The notes under the pieces are model-generated. The model saw only the letters and a list, made by a program, of their open reading frames with translations. It made no database searches and was not told the DNA's origin. Positions 39,540 to 51,401 of a stretch of 64,000 nt of DNA are shown here, piece after piece. The DNA comes from Bdellovibrionota bacterium (GTDB lineage Bacteria; Bdellovibrionota_C; UBA2361; JAAYZI01), in assembly GCA_050950765.1 (NCBI GenBank), contig JBMNIF010000001.1:179619-243618 (forward strand). The letters are read 5' to 3'. Each line of letters begins with the position of its first letter. The stretch's first letter is position 1. A program made the position numbers and the translations under genes.

Positions 39540-40400
39540 CTAAAATGTCCACGCACTCTTATCATTTTTATCATTGCGTGCACCTATTACACCCTCTCTA
39601 ATGCGGCAAACTGTTTCCAATATCCCTCTGACCTTTGGGAGTGGTAACATACAGGCTGCATCGGAAGGAGCACGGTCGGGGTCTTGATGACATTCGATAA
39701 ACAAACCATCTATTCCGACAGCAGTGGCTGCATAAGCAAGTGGCGCAATATACTCTCGGTGTCCGCCTGAAACTCCCTTTGCACCCCCCATAACTTGCAC
39801 ACTGTGTGTAGCATCAAAGATAACGGGATATCCCAGAGATCTCATGATGCAAAGGTTGCGCATATCAACAACTAAATCATGATAACCTAAACAGGTGCCA
39901 CGTTCACATAATAGGATATTACTGTTACCGGTGTGCTCTATCTTAGCAGCGCTGTGTTTCATATCCGCTGCTGCCATAAATTGCGCTTTTTTGATATGAA
40001 CTGGTTTGCCTGTTTCTCCAGCAGCAAGTAGTAAGTCCGTTTGTCTACATAAAAAAGCGGGGATCTGTAAAACATCAACCACTTTTGCAACTTTTGAGGC
40101 TTGATCTGGAAGATGAACATCTGTAATGACCGGCACGCCCATCTTCTTTTTTACTTCAGAGAGGATGCGCAAACCCTCTTCTAAACCTGGACCACGTTTG
40201 CTATTCACGCTAGTACGATTAGCCTTATCAAAGGAGCCTTTAAAAACTAAAGAGATCGGAAGGTCTTTGACTATCCGTTTCAATTCTTCCGCAATCATTA
40301 AGCTGTGTTCTATGCTCTCAAGTTGACAAGGTCCAGCGAAAAGGAGTAAGGACTGCTCTGATCCAACTTGAATATCTTTTGTAATTTCTACACTGTTCAT
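39540..40400 (-). CDS. kdsA: KDO-8-phosphate synthase
   Basis: FKGSFDKANRTS, QIPAFLCRQTDLL, IFDATHSVQ. Confidence 0.96.
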   Translation of the reverse strand: MNSVEITKDIQVGSEQSLLLFAGPCQLESIEHSLMIAEELKRIVKDLPISLVFKGSFDKANRTSVNSKRGPGLEEGLRILSEVKKKMGVPVITDVHLPDQASKVAKVVDVLQIPAFLCRQTDLLLAAGETGKPVHIKKAQFMAAADMKHSAAKIEHTGNSNILLCERGTCLGYHDLVVDMRNLCIMRSLGYPVIFDATHSVQVMGGAKGVSGGHREYIAPLAYAATAVGIDGLFIECHQDPDRAPSDAACMLPLPKVRGILETVCRIREGVIGARNDKNDKSAWTF

Positions 40401-40404
40401 ATCG

Positions 40405-42096
<1,692 letters not shown>

Positions 42097-42645
42097 TTAA
42101 TATTTCAAGTCCGCGTGAGTATAGCGCGGAGGTGATTTTGAAACAACGATGACAAACAATTTAGTGTCTCGTTTTGTTGACAATAAGAGCTATTAAAAAT
42201 TTATTAGAGGGTATCTTAAAGCCGTTCCGATAAATTTAAAAAACGGGCATTTTTCTTTATACTAAGTTTCTTAAATAATTGTTTTATTAGTTTTGATGGG
42301 AGGAGATACGTCTGTCTGGTTGAAAATAAAACGGGTGTATAAATTGGCAAAGTTCTTAAAAAGTCAGTTAGTTAGAGCGGAAGGGGGGGTGTTCTTGAGC
42401 TTTCTTTTTTGATTTTATATATCTTACGAAGAAGGTAAAAATAGTGCTGCTTTTGCTTTCTCTTTAAGGTCGTATTTCTGATCTTATATATATTGTCGGC
42501 GCTGTCTGCTGGTAATGTTAAGTTAAAACATTTATGCTCTACGGAGTGTTTTTTTCAGGAGTGGTGTTTAGACTACGCTAGTGAACAAAATCAGCTGCTG
42601 ATAGTTGCAGACTCTACCTCTATATTTAATTTTGGAATTGAAGAT

Positions 42646-43890
42646 ATGGATAAAAGACGAGTTGTTATTACAGGAATTGGGATAATTTCACCGTTAGCAA
42701 ATACGCGTGATGAAACATGGGCTGCCATAAAAGAGGGCAAGTCTGGAATCGGTGCGATTACGCAGTTTGATGCTTCTCAATTTAACGCTCGTATTGCAGC
42801 TGAAGTTAAAAACTTTAATCCTGAAGATTATGTTGATAGTAAAGAGGTAAAAAAATACGATCTCTTCTCTCATTATGCTATCGCCGCTGCCAAAGAGGCA
42901 CGTGAAGATGCCGCTTATGCCGAGACAACTTATACCCCAGAACGGAGTGGATGTATTCTCGGTGTTGGTCTTGGTGGACTACCTGTCCTTGAGAAATATC
43001 ATCGAATCTGTATTGAGTCGGGACCACGTCGTATCTCACCGTTTTTAATCCCTGCTTTGATTTCAAACTTAGCTGCCGGTAATGTTGCTGTTAAACATAA
43101 CTTGAGAGGAACAAGTTACATCGTAACAAGTGCTTGTGCTTCTTCAACGCACGCTATCGGAGAAGCCTATCGGATGATAGCCGACAATCTGCAAGATATA
43201 GTTTTTACAGGTGGTGCAGAAAGCACGATTACTGAGATGGCAGTTGGTGGTTTCTGCTCTTGTAAAGCGCTTTCAACTCGTAATGATGAGCCGGAAAAGG
43301 CATCGCGTCCGTTTGATCGTGACCGCGATGGCTTCGTGATAGGTGAGGGCGGTGCTATCTTAATCTTAGAAGAGTACGAAGCTGCAAAGAAAAGGGGTGC
43401 AAAGATCTATGCTGAAGTTGTGGGCTACGGATTTTCATGTGATGCCTATCACATTACGGCTCCGCATCCAGATGGCATCGGAGCCATAAACTCTATGAAG
43501 ATGGCGCTGGATTGGGCGAAATTAAACCCCGAACAGGTGGGGTATATCAATGCGCACGGTACTTCAACAGGTGCTAATGATGTAATGGAGACAAAAGCTA
43601 TTAAAGAAGTGTTTGGCGATTACGCTAAACACGGTTTAATGGTTAGCTCTACGAAATCTATGGTCGGACACCTCTTGGGAGCGGCTGGTGGAATTGAAGC
43701 TGCTTTTTCGGCTTTAGCTATTACAGATGGTGTGATCCCGCCGACGATTAATCTTGATCACCCTGATGATGAGTGTGATTTGGATTATGTTCCGAATGTT
43801 GCTCGTGAGGCTAAGGTGAAATATGTCATGTCCAATTCTTTTGGTTTTGGTGGCGCTAACGGCACTATTATTTTAGGTGCAGTAGAATAA
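42646..43890 (+). CDS. fabF: 3-oxoacyl-ACP synthase II
   Basis: RRVVITGIG (ATG 42646 preferred), TSACASS, NAHGTST, GHLLGAAG, SNSFGFGG. Confidence 0.96.
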   Translation: MDKRRVVITGIGIISPLANTRDETWAAIKEGKSGIGAITQFDASQFNARIAAEVKNFNPEDYVDSKEVKKYDLFSHYAIAAAKEAREDAAYAETTYTPERSGCILGVGLGGLPVLEKYHRICIESGPRRISPFLIPALISNLAAGNVAVKHNLRGTSYIVTSACASSTHAIGEAYRMIADNLQDIVFTGGAESTITEMAVGGFCSCKALSTRNDEPEKASRPFDRDRDGFVIGEGGAILILEEYEAAKKRGAKIYAEVVGYGFSCDAYHITAPHPDGIGAINSMKMALDWAKLNPEQVGYINAHGTSTGANDVMETKAIKEVFGDYAKHGLMVSSTKSMVGHLLGAAGGIEAAFSALAITDGVIPPTINLDHPDDECDLDYVPNVAREAKVKYVMSNSFGFGGANGTIILGAVE

Positions 43891-43993
43891 AGGCGACGTT
43901 TTTGACACGCACTGAATATGTAAATCGAAAAGAGAAAAAGGGGCTTTTAAAAAGCAAAGTGCCGTTTTTCTCTGTAAAAAAAGCGGATTTTAT

Positions 43994-45319
43994 ATGGATA
44001 GTTCAAAAAAGGTAGAAGCACGAACCCTTAAGGGGTTCAGAGATCTGTTACCTGCTGAAGCTCTACTTAAAGAGCGTTTATTGCAAAAGATAAAAGCAGT
44101 TTTCTTTTCGTTCGGGTACGCTCCGATTGAAACTCCGCATATTGAATATACCGATGTCTTAATAGGGGAGACGAGTGGAGAGATCGGGAAACAACTTTAT
44201 CGTTTTGAAGATCAGGGGAAACGTGATGTCTGTTTGCGTTTTGATCTGACGGTGCCGTTTGCACGTTTTATCTCACAACATAAAGCGGATCTGGGAGTGC
44301 CGTTTAAACGTTATGCCGTTGGAAATGTTTTTCGTGGAGAGCAGCCGCAGTTCGGACGTTATCGTGAGTTTACACAGTGTGATTTTGATTTTGTTGGTGT
44401 AGATACTCTCACTGCTGATGCTGAAATAATAGAACTTATTATGGCGCAGATGCAGGGCTTAGGGTTAAGCGATTTTGTAGTTAGAATTAATAACCGTAAA
44501 AGTATGAACGGGCTGGCGCACTCTTTAGGGATACAAGACAAAGCTTCTGATATGCTTAGAGTAATAGATAAGTATGATAAGATCGGAAGAGATGGTGTGA
44601 GATCAGAGTTGAAGAAAGAGCTTTTAATAGGTGATGATCTGATAGATGAGGTCCTTGCGTTTGTTGAAATTACAGCAGAGTCAGACGCTACCGTTTTTGA
44701 AAGAGTGCAAGTTTACAAAGAGAAAAATGAACTTTTAAAAATAGGCTTGGAAGAGTTGGAACAGATCTCTGATATCCTCAAGCAATCCGGATTGGGTGCA
44801 TACTTTAAGATCGATTTCACCATAGCTAGAGGCTTGGGATATTATACGGGGATAGTTTATGAGACTAATTTAAAGTCGATGCCTGAAATAGGTAGCGTGT
44901 GTTCCGGCGGACGATATGACGGATTAACGCAGAACTTTAGTAAAGAACGACTCCCTGGGGTTGGTGCTTCCATAGGGCTGGATCGTTTGATCGCTGCACT
45001 ATTAAAATTAGAGATAATGGAGACGGCTAATACACCAGCTAAGTTACTTCTGACCTTGATGGATATTAAAGAGTGTGGTGCTGTTCACAAATTAGCTGCA
45101 CAGTTTAGATCGCTAGGAGTTGCTACGGAGGTTTATCCAGAACCAGCTAAGTTGAAAAAACAGTTTCAGTACGCCGATAGAAAGGGGCATAAGTTCGTAG
45201 CAGTAATCGGTGCAGCAGAATTAGCTGCTGGAACAGTTTCACTGCGTAACGTAGAGAGCGGAGATCAACAAAGTTGTGCTTCAGTACAGGAAGCTGTGAA
45301 AATTATCACTACTACTTAA
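43994..45319 (+). CDS. hisS: Histidyl-tRNA synthetase
   Basis: TLKGFRD, LRFDLTVPFAR, GRYREFTQCD, ARGLGYYTG, GGRYDGL. Confidence 0.97.
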   Translation: MDSSKKVEARTLKGFRDLLPAEALLKERLLQKIKAVFFSFGYAPIETPHIEYTDVLIGETSGEIGKQLYRFEDQGKRDVCLRFDLTVPFARFISQHKADLGVPFKRYAVGNVFRGEQPQFGRYREFTQCDFDFVGVDTLTADAEIIELIMAQMQGLGLSDFVVRINNRKSMNGLAHSLGIQDKASDMLRVIDKYDKIGRDGVRSELKKELLIGDDLIDEVLAFVEITAESDATVFERVQVYKEKNELLKIGLEELEQISDILKQSGLGAYFKIDFTIARGLGYYTGIVYETNLKSMPEIGSVCSGGRYDGLTQNFSKERLPGVGASIGLDRLIAALLKLEIMETANTPAKLLLTLMDIKECGAVHKLAAQFRSLGVATEVYPEPAKLKKQFQYADRKGHKFVAVIGAAELAAGTVSLRNVESGDQQSCASVQEAVKIITTT

Positions 45320-45360
45320 GAAAAAGCGTCCTTAAAAACTTCTTCTTATATTTCAATAGG

Positions 45361-46411
45361 TCAGTTTTTTAACCCCCGTGGAAATCTAGCCGATTCATTT
45401 TTTAGTTGCAGCCCGTCCTGCCGTCCTTGAAGGGTGGCACCAGTTTTTTAACCCCCGTGGAAATCTAGCCGATTCATTTTTTAGTTACAGCCTGTTCTAT
45501 CATCCTTGAAGGGTGGCAGCAGATTTTTGACCTCCGTAGAGACCTAACCGATTCGGTTTTTAGTTGCAGCCCGTTCAACCGTCCTTGAAGGGTGCCGTTC
45601 TTGGTGGGTGGCACCAGTGACAGCCAGCTAAAAAGAAGGGTGGCACCAAAACTGCCGAATTTGAAACTTTTGTTAACATCTTGATATTATTAGAAGTTGT
45701 GATTTTGAAGTTTGGGTGTCCTATTTGCAAAGCGTCTGCGACGCTGAAGGGTGGCACCAGTGACAGCCAGCTAAAAAGAAGGGTGGCACCAAAACTGCCG
45801 CATCCTTGAAGGGTGGCACCAGATTTTTGACCTCCGTAGAGACCTAACTGATCCCGTTTTTTAGTTGCAGCCCGTCCCGTTACTGGTGGGTAGTACCAAA
45901 ACTGCCGAACCGATAAAGAAGGGTGGCACCAAAACTGCCGAATTTGAAACTTTTGTTAACATCTTGATATTATTAGAAATTGTGATTTTGAAGTTTGGGT
46001 GTCCTATTTGCAAAGCGTCTGCGACGCTGAAGGGTGGCACCAAATTTTTAACCTCCGTAGAGACCTAACCAATTTGTTTTTTAGTTGCAGCCCGTCCCGT
46101 TACTGGTGGGTGGCACCAAAACTGCCGAACCGATAAAGAAGGGTGGCACCAAAACTGCCGAATTTTGGGTTTCTACTAACGTCTTAATATTATTAGAAGT
46201 TGTGATTTTGAAGTTTGAGTGTCCTATTTGCAAAGCGTCTGCGACGCTGAAGGGTGGCACCAGTGACAGCCAGCTAAAAAGAAGGGTGGCACCAAAACTG
46301 CCGAATTTGAAACTTTTGTTAACATCTTGATATTATTAGATGTTGTGATTTTAGAGTCTTTTAGCTCTAATGGGTGGCACCAAATTTTTCAGTTCCTAAT
46401 GGGTGGCACCA
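45361..46411 (+). repeat. Largest tandem core array (14 perfect plus 3 degenerate cores) between convergent hisS and nth
   Basis: Cores at 45432, 45606, 45638, 45749, 45781, 45811, 45921, 46032, 46108, 46141, 46252, 46284, 46372, 46401; degenerate at 45511, about 45590, 45888. Confidence 0.95.
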
Positions 46412-46417
46412 AATTTT

Positions 46418-47050
46418 TTAGTTGTTAATGTTGCAAGAGGGGCAGATCTTACATAGCTTACACTCATCACAGAGCGGATTTCTTGCTTTGCAGACACGAC
46501 GACCGTGATAGATCAGTTGATGATGAAGATCGCGCCAACTGTCAGCAGGAAATTGTTTTGTTAAATCACCCTCAACCCCCTCTGGCGTTTTGGCGGAAGA
46601 TAACCCTAAACGGTTTGAAACTCTAAGTACGTGCGTATCAACCGGCATTGCTGGTCTAATCCCTTTTTCACACTGTATAACATTAGCAGTTTTTCTCCCT
46701 ACCCCGTGAAGACTTATCAGATCGTCATGCTCCGTAGGTAAAGTGCCATTAAAATTTTCCATAATGCGTTTGGCAAGTTGTACAATATTTTTTGACTTCG
46801 TCTTGTAGTAATTAACTTCACGGATTATCTCCTCAACATCTTTCTCTTTAGCAAGACTGAGCTCTTTAAAGTTACGATACCTCTTAAATAAAGAGGGTGT
46901 AACTTGATTAACTTTTTTGTCCGTACATTGAGCAGATAAGACTACTGCGATAATTAATTGATAATCGTTTTTAAAGTGTAGCTCCGAAGAAGGGTTCGGA
47001 TAAAGTTCTGATAAAAGAGTTAATAACCGTTTTCGCTTTTGAGGTGTCAT
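46418..47050 (-). CDS. nth: Endonuclease III
   Basis: AVVLSAQCTDKKVN, HhH LHGVGRKTANV, VDTHVLRV, C-x6-C-x2-C-x5-C 4Fe-4S motif. Confidence 0.96.
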   Translation of the reverse strand: MTPQKRKRLLTLLSELYPNPSSELHFKNDYQLIIAVVLSAQCTDKKVNQVTPSLFKRYRNFKELSLAKEKDVEEIIREVNYYKTKSKNIVQLAKRIMENFNGTLPTEHDDLISLHGVGRKTANVIQCEKGIRPAMPVDTHVLRVSNRLGLSSAKTPEGVEGDLTKQFPADSWRDLHHQLIYHGRRVCKARNPLCDECKLCKICPSCNINN

Positions 47051-47095
47051 AATAGCATCTATACCGTTATTTCAACTTTTATTAAATTAAGTAAA

Positions 47096-47251
47096 TATAT
47101 AAAAAATTATTTAAGAATATTAGAAGTATCAAAAGATATCACCTCCCCCTTTTTTATCTCTGGGATTGTGCTTAAGGTTTTAGCTAACGGTGCAAAATGC
47201 GGTACTAACGGGAGGGAACGTCCGGTCCGTTTAAGTTCTAGCCGTAGATAA
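47096..47251 (-). pseudogene. Degenerate copy of the 3' end of the phosphotransferase gene (49362-50450)
   Basis: 47096-47235 aligns with 49340-49475 (30-bp identical block 47182-47211 = 49422-49451); 47238-47251 = 49544-49557 after an internal deletion. Confidence 0.8.
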
Positions 47252-47471
47252 TATTGAAATAGATCCCCCCCCTTACGTATGTTAAGAGGTAGTATCTTCC
47301 ATTAATAAGACGTAATTCCTTTCTTTTATCTCGATATTTTATTGCCTAATTAGGAGGGGGATTTTTGTTTTCTTTTTATCCTAAATTCCGCAATTTTTAT
47401 CTTTTCTCCATTCCAGAAATAAGCCACCGTATTTTTTATTGATATTTTAGTTAGTTATATATTTTTCTATA

Positions 47472-47499
47472 TTGACATTTCCTGTTTGTATGGTATGAT
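47472..47499 (+). promoter_or_regulatory. Putative transposase promoter
   Basis: TTGACA-16 bp-TATGAT with TGn extended -10. Confidence 0.6.
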
Positions 47500-47527
47500 T
47501 GCCCTATACATATTAGGGAGGTTTTTT

Positions 47528-49141
47528 ATGAAAAAAATAACTAAAAAAGTTGACTTACCAGATAGGCAAATTGCTCGTAAGAAAAACAAAAATGGGACTA
47601 CTTATATCTATTACAGGATGAACTTTCGTCGTGAAAATGGAGAGCCTACGTTTGATGAAATAGGTATAGGGAAGCTAGATGAAAGCGGTAAGAAATTAAT
47701 TCCTAATAGAAATTACTATGATTTGTTTCCAGATGATTCTAATAGATATGTTATTAGCAATAAATCTTTTGGTCTTACTTATGTTTTAAATAAGATTGTA
47801 AAAGATTTAAGGTTAGACAAGACATTGCTTTCAATTTTTGGAAATGACACATACGAGATTTTAACTTTAGCGTTTTATATTCTAGCAAATGGAAATGTAG
47901 TATCACATGCTTCAAGTTGGATAGATGATAGTGTCTTACCATATGAAATTTCTGAATTAACAAGTCAAAAAATAAGTCGTCTTTTTGAACGTATTGACTA
48001 CGAGAAAAGACTTAATTTTTTTAAGAAATGGACGAAGCGATATTTAGCTCAAGAATGTTGGTATTATGACGTAACTTCCATATCTTCTTATAGTAAAAAA
48101 ATAAGCATATTGGAGTTTGGCTATAATAGGGATATGGATAAATTGCCGCAAATAAATATAGGTATGTGCTACGGCTCTACAACGAAGCTTCCTTTATTCT
48201 ATCAAGTTTATAATGGCAGCATTACAGATAAGACATATTTTAGTTTTCTTTTAAGAGACTTTCCATTTATTAGTCTTAATAATCGTATTAACCTTGTTAC
48301 GGATCAAGGTTTTGTGACGCAAGATAATTTAGCGGAAGTAGCAAATGAAGAAGGGCAAAAGTTTGGACTACTTTGTCCTTTGCCACTATATTGGAATGAC
48401 GCTAAAAGAATATTAGAAAATCACACTGCACTTATTAAGCAAGATGCTAATTATATAAAAGGAACCTCTACTTTTGGTTGTTCTGTAATAGATACTGTTA
48501 TGGGACAACCTGTAAAGATTTATGTTTATTACAATATGGGAAAGGCGCCATATGAGATAGTTCAATTTTACGAGAAAATTTCTAGAATGGAAGAAGAGTT
48601 AGAAGAACTGAAAAAATTAAAATACTCTTTGCTGGATCGTAAAAAATATAGGAAATATTTTGATATTAAAATAAATGAAGATGGTTTCACTTATGAAAAA
48701 AAATCAGAAGCTATAGATGAATACTTGAGAAATTGTGGCTTCTTAATTTTGATTGGTATTGGTTGTGATTCAAATCCGAGTGAAGCACTTTTTCGTTATC
48801 GTCAAAAAGATGTAATTGAAAAACAATTTTTCCAGCTAAAAAATGAAATTGATTTTAGAAGACTTAAAACACATAATCTTCAAACCACAGAAGGAAAACT
48901 TTTTGTTGGATTTTTAGCTCTTATACTTAGAAGTTATATTCTTAATTTACTTAAAAATGATACAAGGCAAAAAAAGTTTAATATACCTGATGTCATTAAA
49001 GAGCTTCAAAAAATTAAAGTTATAGAAACTAAAAATGGCAGTAAATTAATGGTTCCGTTAACAAAAAAACAAAAGGATATTTTGAAAATTTTCAATATTG
49101 AAGAAGATGACTTTCTAAAAAGTATTTTTAAGAAAAAGTAA
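47528..49141 (+). CDS. IS1634-family DDE transposase
   Basis: YYDVTSISSY, GYNRDMDKLPQINIG, VTDQGF, YRQKDVIEKQFFQLKNE; ATG 47528 after AGGGAGG RBS. Confidence 0.9.
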   Translation: MKKITKKVDLPDRQIARKKNKNGTTYIYYRMNFRRENGEPTFDEIGIGKLDESGKKLIPNRNYYDLFPDDSNRYVISNKSFGLTYVLNKIVKDLRLDKTLLSIFGNDTYEILTLAFYILANGNVVSHASSWIDDSVLPYEISELTSQKISRLFERIDYEKRLNFFKKWTKRYLAQECWYYDVTSISSYSKKISILEFGYNRDMDKLPQINIGMCYGSTTKLPLFYQVYNGSITDKTYFSFLLRDFPFISLNNRINLVTDQGFVTQDNLAEVANEEGQKFGLLCPLPLYWNDAKRILENHTALIKQDANYIKGTSTFGCSVIDTVMGQPVKIYVYYNMGKAPYEIVQFYEKISRMEEELEELKKLKYSLLDRKKYRKYFDIKINEDGFTYEKKSEAIDEYLRNCGFLILIGIGCDSNPSEALFRYRQKDVIEKQFFQLKNEIDFRRLKTHNLQTTEGKLFVGFLALILRSYILNLLKNDTRQKKFNIPDVIKELQKIKVIETKNGSKLMVPLTKKQKDILKIFNIEEDDFLKSIFKKK

Positions 49142-49361
49142 GATTATACCGCTCGAAAGCTACCTTTAAAAACACGTTTGTATGGTATAATTTCGCGGGA
49201 ATTCAGGTTATACCTAAATACGTATATCAAAACAGCAAAAAAGCTAACCCCTTTTATCGCTAATTTTTAAAAGATTTCTATCGGTTATAACAATATTGCT
49301 ACTTCATAGTTACGTAAATTACAGAAAAGTTTGAGATAGATATAAAAAATTATTTAAGAGA

Positions 49362-50450
49362 TTAGAAGTGCCAAGGAGATGACAGCCCCTTTTCTATCTC
49401 TGGGATTGCGCTTAAGACTTCAGCTAACGGTGCAAAATGCGGTACTAACGGAAGGGAACGTCCGATCCGTTTAAGACAACCTGGGATCCAGCTACGATAA
49501 ATAGGATTTTGTACCTTCTCAGAGAGTAGATTAAATTGACCAGCTAGCCGTAGATAACGTTGAATCAGAGCTTCGTGGTAGCTGCGTCGATCTTGCAAAA
49601 GGGTAGTATTGTCAAAAAAATAGTTGGCAATTTGAGTGCAAAGATCATCTCCAAGCGCCTGATCCGCATCGCGATCATGAATCAACGAAACGATATCGTA
49701 GGCAGCAGATCCGACTAACATATCTTGATAATCGATGGTGATAATCTCATTTTTTTGTGAAAGATGGATATTCCAAGGCATGAAATCTCGGTGCACGAGG
49801 GTGCGTGGATGCGCTGCAACACCTGCACAAAGTTCATCCAAAAGGGGCTCCAGCGAAGCGATCATGGAAGGAGGATATCTATTTGGCTTTAAGTAGTGCT
49901 CAATAAAACGTCTACTTTCTATCTGATATTGATCAAACTCAAGGCTACGCTTGCAAGCGATACTATCTGCAGTAGTCGGGATCTTTTGTAGTGTCAGGAT
50001 AGCGTTAACGGCTTTTTTATATAGTTCGAAGGTAAAAAGAGGGGAGCTTTTTTTAGAGTCGTTGTTTTCGGTGGTGCTTAATTTATTAAACGTAAAGTGC
50101 CAAAGGGGGAGGTCTCCTGCATCTTCTACAAGGAGAGCGTGTCTATCAGCACTTACTGCAAATATTTTCGGCACACGGTAGCCGTGACTATTTAAAAATG
50201 GGGAGAGCTCGATAAAAGCAAGGTTCGGATCGATAGGTGTTTCAGAGCAAACTACGGGACCTTTGATCTCTGTGGTGAGCATTAAGATAACAGAAGCGAT
50301 CTTTGAGTCAGTAAGAAGGACTCTTAAATAACGCCGCCCAGAGGCATCACCTGTCAGAGGTGTAATCTTAGAGATGCGTGCAGTTGAAGTAGTAACATTG
50401 CTGTTGAGTAGATCTCGTGTCAGACCATATAATTCATCGTCTATCTTCAT
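49362..50450 (-). CDS. APH/choline-kinase-fold phosphotransferase, AmgK-like (MurNAc/GlcNAc kinase)
   Basis: GDASGRRYLR, LVHRDFMPWN, IDYQDMLVG..YDIVSL. Confidence 0.8.
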   Translation of the reverse strand: MKIDDELYGLTRDLLNSNVTTSTARISKITPLTGDASGRRYLRVLLTDSKIASVILMLTTEIKGPVVCSETPIDPNLAFIELSPFLNSHGYRVPKIFAVSADRHALLVEDAGDLPLWHFTFNKLSTTENNDSKKSSPLFTFELYKKAVNAILTLQKIPTTADSIACKRSLEFDQYQIESRRFIEHYLKPNRYPPSMIASLEPLLDELCAGVAAHPRTLVHRDFMPWNIHLSQKNEIITIDYQDMLVGSAAYDIVSLIHDRDADQALGDDLCTQIANYFFDNTTLLQDRRSYHEALIQRYLRLAGQFNLLSEKVQNPIYRSWIPGCLKRIGRSLPLVPHFAPLAEVLSAIPEIEKGLSSPWHF

Positions 50451-50480
50451 GCTTCTGATTTTACCATGTCAGATTAAACT

Positions 50481-51359
50481 TTAATATCTGTTATCAGGGG
50501 CTATTTCTTGAAAAATTTCATCAAGAACATCAAAAACCATTAAATGCCCCCCCTCTGGAATCGCTTTAAATTTAGAGTGTGGAATCTTTTCTGCATTGTA
50601 ACGTCCCATAGCGATCGGAACATAGCAATCATCTTCTCCGTGCCAGATAGACACTGGTATCTCTATACTATCAAGTGCAAAACCCCACTCTCGACAGAGG
50701 AGCTCAAAATCTTTTGCTGCACCACGCACTCCGTTTTTTAGACCTTCATTGATGGGGGTGGCAACAGAGGTGTCTTTCTTCATTTTACTTTCAAGAAGGT
50801 CCTTATCACCTTTTGACATAAAAGTTTTTAACCAATAGAACATTAAGGTTGAACTGTTTTTCCATAAAGATGCAACGACGTAAACAATAGCCGTAGTGCA
50901 TTTCGGGAAAATTCGACCTGCCTTTAAAAATAGTTTGTTGATAAAAATCATACCGTCAAAAACAGCAGCACCGTCTAAAGGAGATACTCCACTTACGATA
51001 TAAACTTTATCAAGTCTGTTCGGAATAAATTTGGCGCAAGCTGCTGTATAAGATGCGCCGCCTGATACTCCAAGAATTGAGAACGTTTTAATTTCGAGAG
51101 CGTCCGCAATTTCTGTGATAGTGGCGGGAAAATCTATAACTTTTCTATCTTTTATAAAGGTTGAATTGCCATAGCCAGCACGATCAATGGCGATTAATCG
51201 TATGTGGTATTTTTGTGCAACTTTAAGCGCTGCAAACGCCTCTTTCCTACATCCCGGGAAACCGTGAATATAAAAAACCACAGTCTCTGATGCTAAGTCT
51301 CCTAATTCTAGGATGCCGATCTCAGTGCCGTTTTTTGATTTAAAAACCCAATCTTTCAT
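50481..51359 (-). CDS. Alpha/beta hydrolase
   Basis: HGFPG oxyanion motif, GVSGG nucleophile elbow, WHGEDD, GGH. Confidence 0.88.
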   Translation of the reverse strand: MKDWVFKSKNGTEIGILELGDLASETVVFYIHGFPGCRKEAFAALKVAQKYHIRLIAIDRAGYGNSTFIKDRKVIDFPATITEIADALEIKTFSILGVSGGASYTAACAKFIPNRLDKVYIVSGVSPLDGAAVFDGMIFINKLFLKAGRIFPKCTTAIVYVVASLWKNSSTLMFYWLKTFMSKGDKDLLESKMKKDTSVATPINEGLKNGVRGAAKDFELLCREWGFALDSIEIPVSIWHGEDDCYVPIAMGRYNAEKIPHSKFKAIPEGGHLMVFDVLDEIFQEIAPDNRY

Positions 51360-51401
51360 AACTTATTTAACTCGATAAAGATGCGCAGTAGGTGTTGCTA
51401 C

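Larger units (their letters stand above)
47380..49207 (+). mobile_element. IS1634-family insertion sequence (copy 2), apparently intact, 1828 bp
   Basis: Imperfect IRs CCTAAATTCCGC / CCTGAATTCCCGC related to the copy-1 ends; candidate 4-bp TSD TTAT (47376-79, 49208-11). Confidence 0.8.

Noticed and set aside
42493-42645. 51-aa N-terminal extension of FabF
   Set aside because: It begins at TTG without homology-like features; the typical start MDKRRVVITG is at 42646.
43932-43972. Hairpin between fabF and hisS as a terminator
   Set aside because: Imperfect, AT-rich stem with long loop; too weak to call.
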